NCBI GenBank assembly: GCA_965644315.1
Contig: CBFFRQ010000032.1
Coordinates: 620,001-684,000, forward strand
Direction: 5' to 3'
Origin: Caecitellus pseudoparvulus
Taxonomy: Eukaryota > Protista > Bigyra: Bicosoecida
DNA length: 64,000 bases
This document shows positions 56,501 to 64,000 of the stretch, in pieces. A model generated the notes under the pieces. The model did not search any database, had not been told where the DNA came from, and saw only the letters and a list, made by a program, of their open reading frames with translations. Numbering within the stretch: the first letter of the stretch is position 1; every line of letters starts with the position of its first letter. Made by a program: the position numbers and the translations under genes.

Positions 56501-59500
56501 GAAGCCAAGCGGGCACCCCCGCGCTACCGGCCCCTCCTGGCTGCAGCATGAGCGCCCGCACACGAGCGATGCTGTCCATGGTGCTCTGGAAGGGGCTCTG
56601 CTGTGAAATGTCTGCCGGGATGCCGTCACTGCTCGTGGCCTGCAGGGGCGCCAGGCGAGCGAGCTTGGAGCTGCGTCGCAGGGCAGATGCCTGCGCCAGG
56701 GCGGCGCTGGGCGCACTTAGGAGTCGTGCGAGCGCCAGCACCTTGGCCCCTGCCGCCAGCACTTGGGCGGCCAGGCTGCTGACGTGCACTGCCGCTGGGC
56801 CGGCCAGAGTGCAGTCCAGCAGCCACGCCTCCACCCCCTCCACGATGCTCGTTGCCTCCTCTGGGCTGGCTGTGGGCAAGCGCTGCAGGCTGGCGAGGGC
56901 AGGGTGCTGGTGAGGAGACACGCCGCCAGACCCTGCCGCCCCATAATCGACGAGACCAGCCAAGCACACGACACTGGTCACGTCGGGCTGCCCTGGTGCG
57001 GTGCTGTGCCGCAGCACCTGCTCAAGGGTGGACGCTTTATGCAGCACGCCCCAGGCGAAGCCCATGTTGAAGCCGCCCCATGCGTCAATGCTCTGCCCTT
57101 CCATGGCACCCTCTTGCTGTCGCCGCGGCCGCCCCTCCAGCACCTGCAGCCACAGGCTCAGGGCGGAAGTCGTGCAGCCCTCCAGCGCGGCCAGGTCACC
57201 CGCAGACGACGCCACGGCCCGCACACCCCGCTCCCAGTTGAGAGGAAGGATGCCTTTCTGTTGGGAGGGGCTCGTGCTGGGCAGGTCCTCCTCCCAGGCC
57301 ACCTTGACAGGCGGCGCTGGCGGCACGTGAGCTGCCGAGGACGCCAGCAAGGTGGCTGCATGCACCAGGGCGCAACGCAGGGAATCCTCCCGCATGAAGG
57401 TGTTCAAGATGCCGTCTGGCAGGTGCCCCGCCCAGTCCAGGTCCATGCCACCTGGCACGGTGCCCCGCACAGCAGCCAAGGTGCCTTCGGATACGAGCAC
57501 CGTGTCTGGCCCCGCCTCGTTCCACGGCGAGCCACCCTGCTGCATGACAAGCGACACCATGTCACAAGCACCTTGCAGCACTTGCCACAGCACGCCGTGC
57601 TTGCCGGCCGGCACACACCACTGAGCAGCACTGTCCAGGGTGTGCAGGCTGAGCTGCACACAGCCCGACAGCAGCACAGCCTCCAGTTGCTGCCGCGCTT
57701 CGAACCGCGCCGTCAAGTGCGACACGAAGGACGCCACAGCCCCTGTCATGCTGTCTGCAGGCACGTCTGACAAAGCGGATGCAGCACGCCCCGCCGCTTC
57801 TTCCCTTGCCACCATCTGCACGAACTCATGGTACTGCACTTCCCCGTCGCCGTTGGCGTCCAGCCGCTGAACAAGCATGCGCACGACCTCGGGTGGCGCG
57901 TGCAGGCCCAGTGCTGCCAGTGTCGCCTCGAACTCGGCGACGGTGATGGAGCCATCCCCGTCCAGGTCAAACAGGGAGAAGGCTGCCCGAACGTCCAGCT
58001 GCGCCCTGCGAGACAGCAGGCACTGCACCATGGCCTGCAGCACCCCTTGGCCGGCAGCCACGGCGTCAAGGCCGTCTTGTTGCCCTCCCTCCGCTCGGCC
58101 CATGCCGGCGGCGAGGTATTTGAGCAGGCTCACGCCCACCACGTCGTCATCGGCGCTGCCACCCTCCAGGCCTGCACCGGCACTGGGCAGCACAGCAGGG
58201 ATGTCGCAGGGCCTCCACCACAGCGCACGACCATCCCAACTGCTTGCCAGAACAGCAGCAAACTCGCTGGGGCGCAAGGGCGCCACCGCAGCAAGCGCGC
58301 CAAGGCTGGAGCTGAGCAGGCGCCTGGCCCACTCCCGCAGATCAGCCAGCGCCAGCATGCTTGTGCTGGTGGCTGATGTGCCCGCTGTCGCGGCAGCGCC
58401 CTCCGCTGCCACGCTGCGCAGGGCGCTGTGGGCTGTGCTGGCTGACGTCACTGTGCCGGAGGAGAAGCCGACAACGGAGGCGCCCACACCCCGTGCCGCG
58501 GAAGTGGGGGAGGGAGTGAGGGCTGGGCTGCCCAGCACCGCGCGTGCAGCAGCGGATGAAAGCAGGTGGGAGGAGCTGCCCGCGCCACTGCCGCCAGTCC
58601 ACGCCACGGCGAGGGATGCGCTTGCACTGGGCCCTGCCTGCAGCACCTGCTCCGCGGCTGCCACCAGGCTTGCAGCAATGCTCAGCATCCAGCGCACGAT
58701 GTCGCCCACCTCGGCATCCAGCACCACGGCATCCAGTGGCACGTTCCACGGGTCGTTGCGGCGCCGAGCAGCCTTGGCTGTATCAGGCAGGGCAGTGCCA
58801 GGGGCGCTCAAGGCGGTGGCAGCGGTGCGCCGCGCCACTCGTCGGCACTGCACCACTGCAGTTGCCACTTGCTGCAGCGCTTCCTGAGCTTGAGCCGTGC
58901 TTGCAGGGCTACCGACCAACCCGCTGAGGAGGTCCATGGTCGCGACGCACTCAGCCAGCACCTCCTCCTGCACTGCGGCGATGGTGCCCGCCCGCCGCCC
59001 AGCCCACGCAGCCCAGCCTGCTCGGGCCAGCAGGGAAGGCAGTGCCGGCTGGCGCCAGTTCCACACGATGTGCATGGGGGCAGCAAGCGAGCCCTGTTGC
59101 TGCCGCGGCAGCACCGGCGCGCCACAGGCAATGCTGGGGCACGGTGCGGTGGGGGTCCCGGTGAAACCCAGAACCGTGCCGGTGGTGCCAGCTGGGATGA
59201 CGGTGGCGGCGTGGGGAAAGATGAGGGGGGACGTCAGCGTCACGACACTGCCCCGCACGACGCTGCTGCCGTCCAGGCACACCATGGCCCGCGTGGCATC
59301 CATGCAGATGCCGGCAAACTTGCCCACTTGGTGCTGGGCATGCTCAGCCACCGCTGCGGCTGGCTCGGGCCCGCCACTGGCGCCGCTGCGCAGGAGACGT
59401 AGGAGGGGCAGGGGGCTCTGCGGGAAGGCTGCGGTGCTGGCCTGCAGCATGGCCAGCTGTGACTCGCGGGGCCCCTGAGCCCCCGCCCGCCCTGAGCCTT

Positions 59501-61268
59501 CCCAGCACTGCATGGCACGGTCTGGGGCCGCCTCTTGGCACATGGAAGCGACTGCGACTAGCAGGGGCAGGGTGGTGGACGGCTCGGGCCGCGGCAGCTG
59601 GTGCAGGGACACGGCGGCCAGGAATCCAATGATGACGTCATGGATGACTGTGGCAGCCTCACGAGCTGTCTCCCCTGCGCTGGGAAGCGAAGTCGCCCCA
59701 GCCATGACAGCGGCCGCTGCCACATCCTCTTCGTCGGGCTGCGGGACATGGCCCACCTGCTCTGGTGCCGCCACCCCCTGCAGCTGGCAGCACAAGGACT
59801 GCAGCGTGCACTCCACGTCGCCCTCACACCCAGCGCTGCTTCCACGCATGTGCAGCGGTGCTGGGCGCGGCACGGCTGGCCAACCCTTCTCCATGCCCCA
59901 CACCGGCGACGCCTCCTCGAGCAGCCCCTGGTCTGCGCTGGCACTGGACGTTGGTGGGAAGGAGGCGCCCCAGTCACTGTGTTGCGCCGCGACCAGCAGG
60001 CGCCGGGCGTGTGTGGCGCTGGCCAGCACGAGGCGGTTGTTGCCCACCCACTGCTGCTCCTCGCCCGCTGTAGACTCGCGCAGCAGTTGGCAGGTGCCCA
60101 TACCCAGCAGTACTTCTTCCCGTTGCCGCTCCAGCGTCAGGAGGGCCGACCAGGCGAGGCAGATGAGGGCCACGGAGCCCTGCGTGCAGGACAGGGACCT
60201 ACCCTGTTTCTGGCCTTGACTCAGAGCATCCCCCAGCAGCGGCAGCATGCTGGAGCGCACGTACCCCATGATGCGGGCCAGGCCTTCCCGGCCGAAGGGG
60301 TGGCGCCGGGCTCCGGCCTCCCTGGCCCCCGCTGCGCCCTTCGCAAAATCGAAGGTGAGCGGCGTCAGCAGCGCCAGGGCAGCAGCGTGGCTGCGACGTG
60401 CTTTGAGGGACCGCACGCCGGCAGTGTCGGGCAAGAGAGAGCCGGCAGGGGCGGGGACACCCCACTGCTCGCCGACGACCAGCTGCTGGGCTAGGCGCAC
60501 CCAGTCTTCCACGGCAATGTCGCAAGAGGTGAACGTTGCCACGGAAATGCAGTGCAGCACAATGACCTGCTCCTGCACGCACTGCAAGGCCCACGCCTGC
60601 AGTTGCCCAGTGCTGAACACAGCCGCTTGTTGGGGCGTGATGCTCAGGCCCGAGTCGGCTTCGCTGGTCAGGCTGGCAAAGGCGGGCACCTTGCTGGTAC
60701 ACAGGCCTTCAAATGTGTTGATGAGTTGGTGGCTGGGGCCGTGCGGCTGTTCCAGGCTTTGCAGCGCCTCCCGCGCCAGGGCCCCGTCGCCATCCGCCTG
60801 CCGGGCTAGGCGCAGCAGCTCCCTGACGAGGGCAAAGACACATGTGCGCTGGCGGTAGGCAGCAGAGAGCAGGGCGTCCACGTCATGGATGTCGAATTGA
60901 GCCCCCTCCACGTGTAGTCTGTGAGCCAGGTCGGGATTCGTCACCGCCAGCGCATAGGCAGTGGCAGGGTCCAGAGCCAGGCCGGCTGCTGCCGTTTGCA
61001 GGAAAGCCTTCGCTGGCGCTGTCGGGGGCTTGGGCGGCGCATCAGGCAACCGTGGATGCACGCAGTGCCTGTCTTGCAACGTAACTTCGGCCTGGGTGTG
61101 GCCTCCCTCGGCGAGTCGCTTCAAGGTTGCGCCCAGCTCAGTTGAGAAGGCAGGCTGGACGATATGCTGCACGCTGCACCTGCTACTGACGCGAATGGGC
61201 GCTCCGTCTCGCACAGACTGCACTACTTTCAGCCACGAGGAGGGCAGGCACCCAAGAATGAGTGCCAT
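50550..61268 (-). CDS. NUP188: Nucleoporin NUP188-like alpha-solenoid protein, 3572 aa, with an internal EF-hand pair
   Basis: N-terminal blocks YRQRTCVFALVRELL, FEGLCTSKVPAF, WALQCVQEQVIVL, FPQSPLPLLRLL, IPAGTTGTV and IVWNW parallel in order the human NUP188 blocks as I recall them (YYEERTCILRCV, FEELYKTEAP, WFVQCLREQSMLL, FPHLLSPLLQLL, IPQGTVGQV, VRWEY). Single 10.7-kb frame. Confidence 0.75.
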   Translation of the reverse strand: MALILGCLPSSWLKVVQSVRDGAPIRVSSRCSVQHIVQPAFSTELGATLKRLAEGGHTQAEVTLQDRHCVHPRLPDAPPKPPTAPAKAFLQTAAAGLALDPATAYALAVTNPDLAHRLHVEGAQFDIHDVDALLSAAYRQRTCVFALVRELLRLARQADGDGALAREALQSLEQPHGPSHQLINTFEGLCTSKVPAFASLTSEADSGLSITPQQAAVFSTGQLQAWALQCVQEQVIVLHCISVATFTSCDIAVEDWVRLAQQLVVGEQWGVPAPAGSLLPDTAGVRSLKARRSHAAALALLTPLTFDFAKGAAGAREAGARRHPFGREGLARIMGYVRSSMLPLLGDALSQGQKQGRSLSCTQGSVALICLAWSALLTLERQREEVLLGMGTCQLLRESTAGEEQQWVGNNRLVLASATHARRLLVAAQHSDWGASFPPTSSASADQGLLEEASPVWGMEKGWPAVPRPAPLHMRGSSAGCEGDVECTLQSLCCQLQGVAAPEQVGHVPQPDEEDVAAAAVMAGATSLPSAGETAREAATVIHDVIIGFLAAVSLHQLPRPEPSTTLPLLVAVASMCQEAAPDRAMQCWEGSGRAGAQGPRESQLAMLQASTAAFPQSPLPLLRLLRSGASGGPEPAAAVAEHAQHQVGKFAGICMDATRAMVCLDGSSVVRGSVVTLTSPLIFPHAATVIPAGTTGTVLGFTGTPTAPCPSIACGAPVLPRQQQGSLAAPMHIVWNWRQPALPSLLARAGWAAWAGRRAGTIAAVQEEVLAECVATMDLLSGLVGSPASTAQAQEALQQVATAVVQCRRVARRTAATALSAPGTALPDTAKAARRRNDPWNVPLDAVVLDAEVGDIVRWMLSIAASLVAAAEQVLQAGPSASASLAVAWTGGSGAGSSSHLLSSAAARAVLGSPALTPSPTSAARGVGASVVGFSSGTVTSASTAHSALRSVAAEGAAATAGTSATSTSMLALADLREWARRLLSSSLGALAAVAPLRPSEFAAVLASSWDGRALWWRPCDIPAVLPSAGAGLEGGSADDDVVGVSLLKYLAAGMGRAEGGQQDGLDAVAAGQGVLQAMVQCLLSRRAQLDVRAAFSLFDLDGDGSITVAEFEATLAALGLHAPPEVVRMLVQRLDANGDGEVQYHEFVQMVAREEAAGRAASALSDVPADSMTGAVASFVSHLTARFEARQQLEAVLLSGCVQLSLHTLDSAAQWCVPAGKHGVLWQVLQGACDMVSLVMQQGGSPWNEAGPDTVLVSEGTLAAVRGTVPGGMDLDWAGHLPDGILNTFMREDSLRCALVHAATLLASSAAHVPPAPPVKVAWEEDLPSTSPSQQKGILPLNWERGVRAVASSAGDLAALEGCTTSALSLWLQVLEGRPRRQQEGAMEGQSIDAWGGFNMGFAWGVLHKASTLEQVLRHSTAPGQPDVTSVVCLAGLVDYGAAGSGGVSPHQHPALASLQRLPTASPEEATSIVEGVEAWLLDCTLAGPAAVHVSSLAAQVLAAGAKVLALARLLSAPSAALAQASALRRSSKLARLAPLQATSSDGIPADISQQSPFQSTMDSIARVRALMLQPGGAGSAGVPAWLRLPGGILPPATSIASPWEGGAVGEGGSHLGPLKHDLLTMLLRDVPALAQALLGPAEAPPGGASAPWRVTTVARAARPDVLEFLRVCLQCHPRLAAKMLLDPDKVDDRTVAARDLPRPSLLLELIATVTGSEALLKSAPRLLASALLTVEALWEAARGGDACARACVGVLRRTAPFWEGITDILSSTPLLPPVIPAHSIPEERLAGQGEPCWLPSESARYAHALAAKAAAFRIITAEVLAGAEHATLPRHLSHTLSRWFGASGGAGAQQLDAALAEAGEGLAQPGTPSLGAFTQTATLPGGTPPLAAWLREALSVSLETAARTAQEAHLAASQAGVVLQFFAQPLQGGSLSLKAALATARVAAGEGNADALEDVAPQLAQALYSVDQAEADGTSMYGEEFLFNLSALARVTGLAGVWREAKVSCLLHHMSRHVAVGLSPEGAALVARHGVQAATRHAAVADSTVLADSRRVGSVLWAAAAAGCAASVADAHILLLCGWRGLLQAAVNRVPLYSPASPAPFHTAVCLLERLAGTRAWGTVSSRTALHWARTALACIVHQLHGREGDDPPPTALVPASLTMRALQPALAAVATLTPLIPPGAVPHPPATRSKQHSAMHTAALVRWVNGLGVAQRSVLVATHTSLLTTCVHLLRHAQCLWKAQAAQASNSVPSMAPPPGVRPSSGLAGEALSAGAAGLSMRGLHTSALRALRVAAQHVVQCPALQQAPLPMVLQRGEWVPVAGSTLLTQAALEAETQAFLASTSLLDISCQILPPRDFLNMLVGRGVLRALARGFTTAAQQVTRVFQWHAAWWDAQHPPASPIGLGTGGSVRHGVPCPTRLLGALHRPLEGGLQRMDVSLRFLGQMATYASCVTAMLQGGVLAALLDCPLWAHMEKTMQRREAGGALGISRRVSDPGRPFAATCDVAQMLDSQWAGAGFGLGPALHRGYDDLNQRSHAHDLWVRCLRAVATAVHAVCAAKREEVLALEAASRTTSLLDAGPASPPLSRSLSRRASVGIGPQDGGGAGAGTGQEGVDPAAPPSDVPLHPMARTSSNAAADLAAGPSTLASLAEVPQLRTSMGSSSVAEWTGVGVGRGAGGRAQPLIGALPPSMAVVAELVGAAACEFIGTHRAALTSALSTRVHTLQSITEACAVADLFLAMLQPEAVVPWVRACQHRAAALLTRAGSKVPAGSTPFPDWAAMPLPAGAVDARGRLLGQHVYPIARVMSMAEAGVRDFALLLGSAAPYAPQSGVLRQVPGLTRSQRSVLAGGPVPRGSAMPLARALLLSCRQSMQYYNSVASAPEEGGADAPRRVRFAQDGASVDGGEGEDVWKGSLEDGLLRRQHLQRHTGMQLVPVAADEVVLAATRLDVQSQADAVQVAQDLDRTLSVDNGAESSIRAMGGVSVTEGDVSGAFVPLPPPSDDPGLSRDASEADDVLLGEGGGLSQRSLESPATAPPLHVTALVQRVQTLQSERGTSGGGAPTEASLLPGEAAPEAPSKAPSGSSTPSQQVRPFQLMVQKAYLMLLRRLAALAAAGSEHPLGPLARLVTDASGIGTDGTGEVREAEWGPEPGLDSSGFSQRTWQHFKAEWGGLLGSTGGSGSPRNTPEHAAARAALVRVAGVAVGLPARLPSASAAFGYNTRVLFTDASGADDTVSGGEWLALPPGIGHLLSVMRLLMAKGAGVAGLAVERRDTASQPSHSRRRDMRLSFAGSVEELEEGDEEGGAGGGAAAPPPPTARLASGARRGGSASDEQELSGLTLRHLAGTTLSLLATALDAHAAHHSLSPSAALALGRAVAVVVGDAGLSLDALAALTPDDADWSSPGHATSRAAGGAAARSPSVGASSMLSGGGSARGAGSTLSRRTGFTSSRGSAMNAQDVYHLSKCSPAALSTASLPAFQGSGGGGFSASRGGAPGAVTHAEVALAMEWQAATQLLCSIVGDQGFVRATVRYVHEVLRWRCLGDGLPSAVEAAREEFAAMVADASA

Positions 61269-62005
61269 GTCTAGGTGCTTGCTTGGCTGCCCGGTGCTTC
61301 CTCAATGCAGTGTAGAGGCTTGGCCGGAACTGGCCTGCTGTGGAAGCAACTTCCGCACCTGCACACAGGAAACCACGCTGTTGCCTGAGGGTGTCCCCGG
61401 GTGGCACGAGAGGCCATGGGCTGCACTGATTTGTCCATCTGAGTCAAATTGCCTGCACACTGCGCGGCCTCGTCGATGTGGCAACCGGCGTGTGCTGGAG
61501 CGGCATGGGGCGTGCCTGGCAGGGACGCAAGCACTCGTGTAGGCCCCCTGGACAAGCTTGCAGCAGGCACACTTGGCAGCACACAATACAACTCGACAAC
61601 CACGCGAACACTCCTCACGAGGATCAAGCAGACCACATGCCCAGTCCTATAAATTGATTTTCAACTCATGTACGTGCCGCAGTGTTGCGCCGTGTGTGAG
61701 AGAACGGCCAAAGCATGCAGGGGTGGGAAGCAATTACCGCAGCGCCTTTCGAGCTGCCACATGCCCTGGGATTCCCGCCACGAAAGCACCCTTCTGGTAA
61801 ATATCCCGTGCATAGACACTTTGAATACCTAGTCAGCCTGCATAGGTCGATCAGATCTCGAAGAGCGACTTCGAAACGTGCGTTCTGCAGGTGCTCTCGG
61901 CGTGCATGCTGGCTTGCTTGGACTTTCTCAGAAAGTCACGCGGGGTCCGCGAGCGTGTTCACGCTGCACGCACCGCACTGCCGCACCGCCTGCCCCTCAG
62001 CTGCC

Positions 62006-62819
62006 ATGGCATCTACAACTCGCAACCCCTGGCTGCAAGATGAGTACGATTTCCTGTTCAAGTACGCTGCAGCGGGCTCGCACAACTTGCGACTGAGCAG
62101 CTCCGCACACTGGCCTTCCCACCTACACTCACAGGGCCGTTGTCGTGGGGGAAAGTGGCGTGGGCAAGAGCTCCATTGTCAGTCGCTTCGCCCGCAATGA
62201 GTACAACCCCAACTTTATCTCCACCATCGGCGTGGACTTCCGTGTCACGGGCACCAGCGTCGACGGCAAGTCCGTCAAGTACATGCTGTGGGACACGGCC
62301 GGGCAGGAGCGCTTCGCGCCCATCGTCACAACATACTACAGGGGTTCCCACGCAGTCGTGCTGGTGTATGATCGCACCGATTTGAGCACACTGCAAGCAG
62401 CCGCTGGGAAGTGGATGAAGCAGGTGCACGACCACGCGCGGGCAAACGCACCCGTGCTGCTGGTGGGGAACAAGGGCGACCTCGTACCACCCTCCGACTC
62501 CACCAGCGACCCAGACAAGGCCACGGACAGCGGTCTGCCGACACCTAGTGAGGTGGATGCGCTGGTGGAGGAGGTGCTGCACACGTCCCCCTTCGCTGAC
62601 CGCATCTTCGCCCACATCGTCACCTCGGCCAAGACGGGGGACAACGTCTCGCAGATCTTCGCAGAGCTGGCAAAGCACATGCTGGCCCAGGACTCCACGC
62701 ACCTGGAAGCCGCCTCTGCCAAGGAGGAGGCTGAGGGCAAGGTGGACCTGCGCCAGAGCAGGTGGTCTGGCAGGCCTGTGCAGGCTGACGAAGAGCCCAC
62801 TTGCTGCAAGCTGGGCTGA
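62006..62819 (+). CDS. RAB1: Rab GTPase, divergent Rab1-like (intron 62062-62134)
   Basis: EYDFLFK/AVVVGESGVGKS, FISTIGVDF, WDTAGQERF, YYRGSH, GNKGDL, TSAK and a C-terminal CCKLG prenylation motif. Confidence 0.85.
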
Positions 62820-63128
62820 GGCCCGGGTGCCCACCTACGTGCGCGTGTGCTTGCCCAAAGTATCGGCCTTGCAGTGCCCCGCTCCCCATCCCCACATGCC
62901 GGCGCACCTTCGGCTGAGAGATAGTGTCTCCCGTGCGCATCGCTCCACTCTGGCCAGGGTGCCACGCCCGGCCTCACACAAGGTGAAAATCCACCACAAT
63001 GCAACTTGCGACCTTCCCCGTTGCGTCAGCGAAGCAGCTGCCCACCACTTTGCCTCGCCGTCTGCCGCTGGACCTGCGTCAGGGAGCTTGCGTGCAAGCA
63101 CTGCTCCACCCTCGCCAGCGCACAGAAC

Positions 63129-64000
63129 ATGGCAGCCAGCAGCCAGCAGCCAGAAGCTGCCGGCGACAGGCCCATGCCCCAGGCTCCGTGCTTTCTTGGG
63201 CCGCATCGCCTCTCGCCTCTGCATGTCGCCGTGTGGTCTGGGGATGCGGAGCTGGTGAAGGCTGTGTTGGACTCAGCTCCCATGGCTAAAGACGACCGAC
63301 TGCGAGACTTCGGGTCAGCCGCGCACCTGGCCCCAGCCATCGGGGCGACTGAAATTGTCAACGTGCTCATGGGTGCAGGGGCTTCCTTCTTGCAGCGCGA
63401 TGCGTGTGGGCAACGGAGCTTGGCCTACCTCCTGCCCCTGGCGTTTCATGACTTGAAGCTGTCCCAAGACGCCACTGACTACTTCAGCGGCCAGTCCAAT
63501 GATGCCATCCTAGCTCGGGGACCAGACTTAGCGGGTGCGTTTCGTCCATTTCACTGCCCTGCAAAGTGGGCCCGCAGCCGTGGTGTCTCTGGGCCACTGC
63601 CCTGGCCGAAACGCGAGTGTCTGAGCCGCAAACTCCGCACCTTGCCTGCATCTCAGCCGCTCTTGAGAAGATCCCCGACTTTGAGTGCAAGATCAAGTTC
63701 AGCTTTTCGTCGTGGATTCCTCTGGCAGGCATGATCCTCCCAACGGACACCCTCACGGTGAGAGCCTCGCGCAGCGACCTGCGGCGACTCTGCCCACGTC
63801 ACTGCACTGCTCCCTGCCCGCACAGCTTCGCAAGCGCGGCCGGAGCGTGCGCATGGACGCCTCCATCGTCGGCTTCAGCGCCATGCAGTGGCAGCGTGGG
63901 CGGGTGTCGTTCCTCTTCCGTGGTGACCCCAGCAACCCTGCCGGCACCCAGCTGCTGGCCCTGGACCACATCAAGCACACCAAGGCAGACTTGCTCTTCC
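63129..64000 (+). CDS. ANKRD13: ANKRD13-family protein (ankyrin repeats + GPCR_chapero_1-like domain), truncated at the window end
   Basis: Ankyrin SPLHVAVWSGD, then spliced LEKIPDFECKIKFSFSSWIPLAGMILPTDTLT/LRKRGRSVRMDASIVGFSAMQWQRGRVSFLFRG, typical of ANKRD13. Confidence 0.8.

Noticed and set aside
52828-57770. Several 300-580-aa plus-strand ORFs
   Set aside because: They are antisense to NUP188 and are compositional artefacts.

Overview
This is a gene-dense, GC-rich eukaryotic nuclear region, not a prokaryotic one. It holds about 23 protein-coding genes with short GT-AG introns (58-158 nt where traced) and very short intergenic gaps. Most of the long ORFs in the supplied track are antisense or frame-shifted shadows caused by high GC content. 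Recognisable housekeeping genes are UBA1, NAR1/CIAO3, GPN2, SEC24, a K+-independent H+-PPase, RFC4, TCD1/2, EME1, NUP188, a Rab1-like GTPase and ANKRD13. An RIIa + EF-hand (radial-spoke-like) gene suggests a flagellate; a heterotrophic stramenopile-like protist is a guess, not shown by the sequence. Most notable: (1) a secreted, intron-containing protein joining a peptidoglycan-binding domain to an L,D-transpeptidase-type His/Cys catalytic domain, a candidate eukaryotic enzyme that attacks bacterial cell walls; (2) a 3572-aa NUP188 with an intact calmodulin-like EF-hand pair inserted mid-protein; (3) a fungal-type Zn2Cys6 transcription factor with a PAS-like domain; (4) an AAC4-like putative nuclease, a SABATH methyltransferase and a PH + multi-cNMP-binding protein; (5) convergent genes whose stop codons lie only 21-73 nt apart. 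I saw no RNA genes, CRISPR arrays or mobile elements. All family assignments come from motif recognition by eye; no searches were run.
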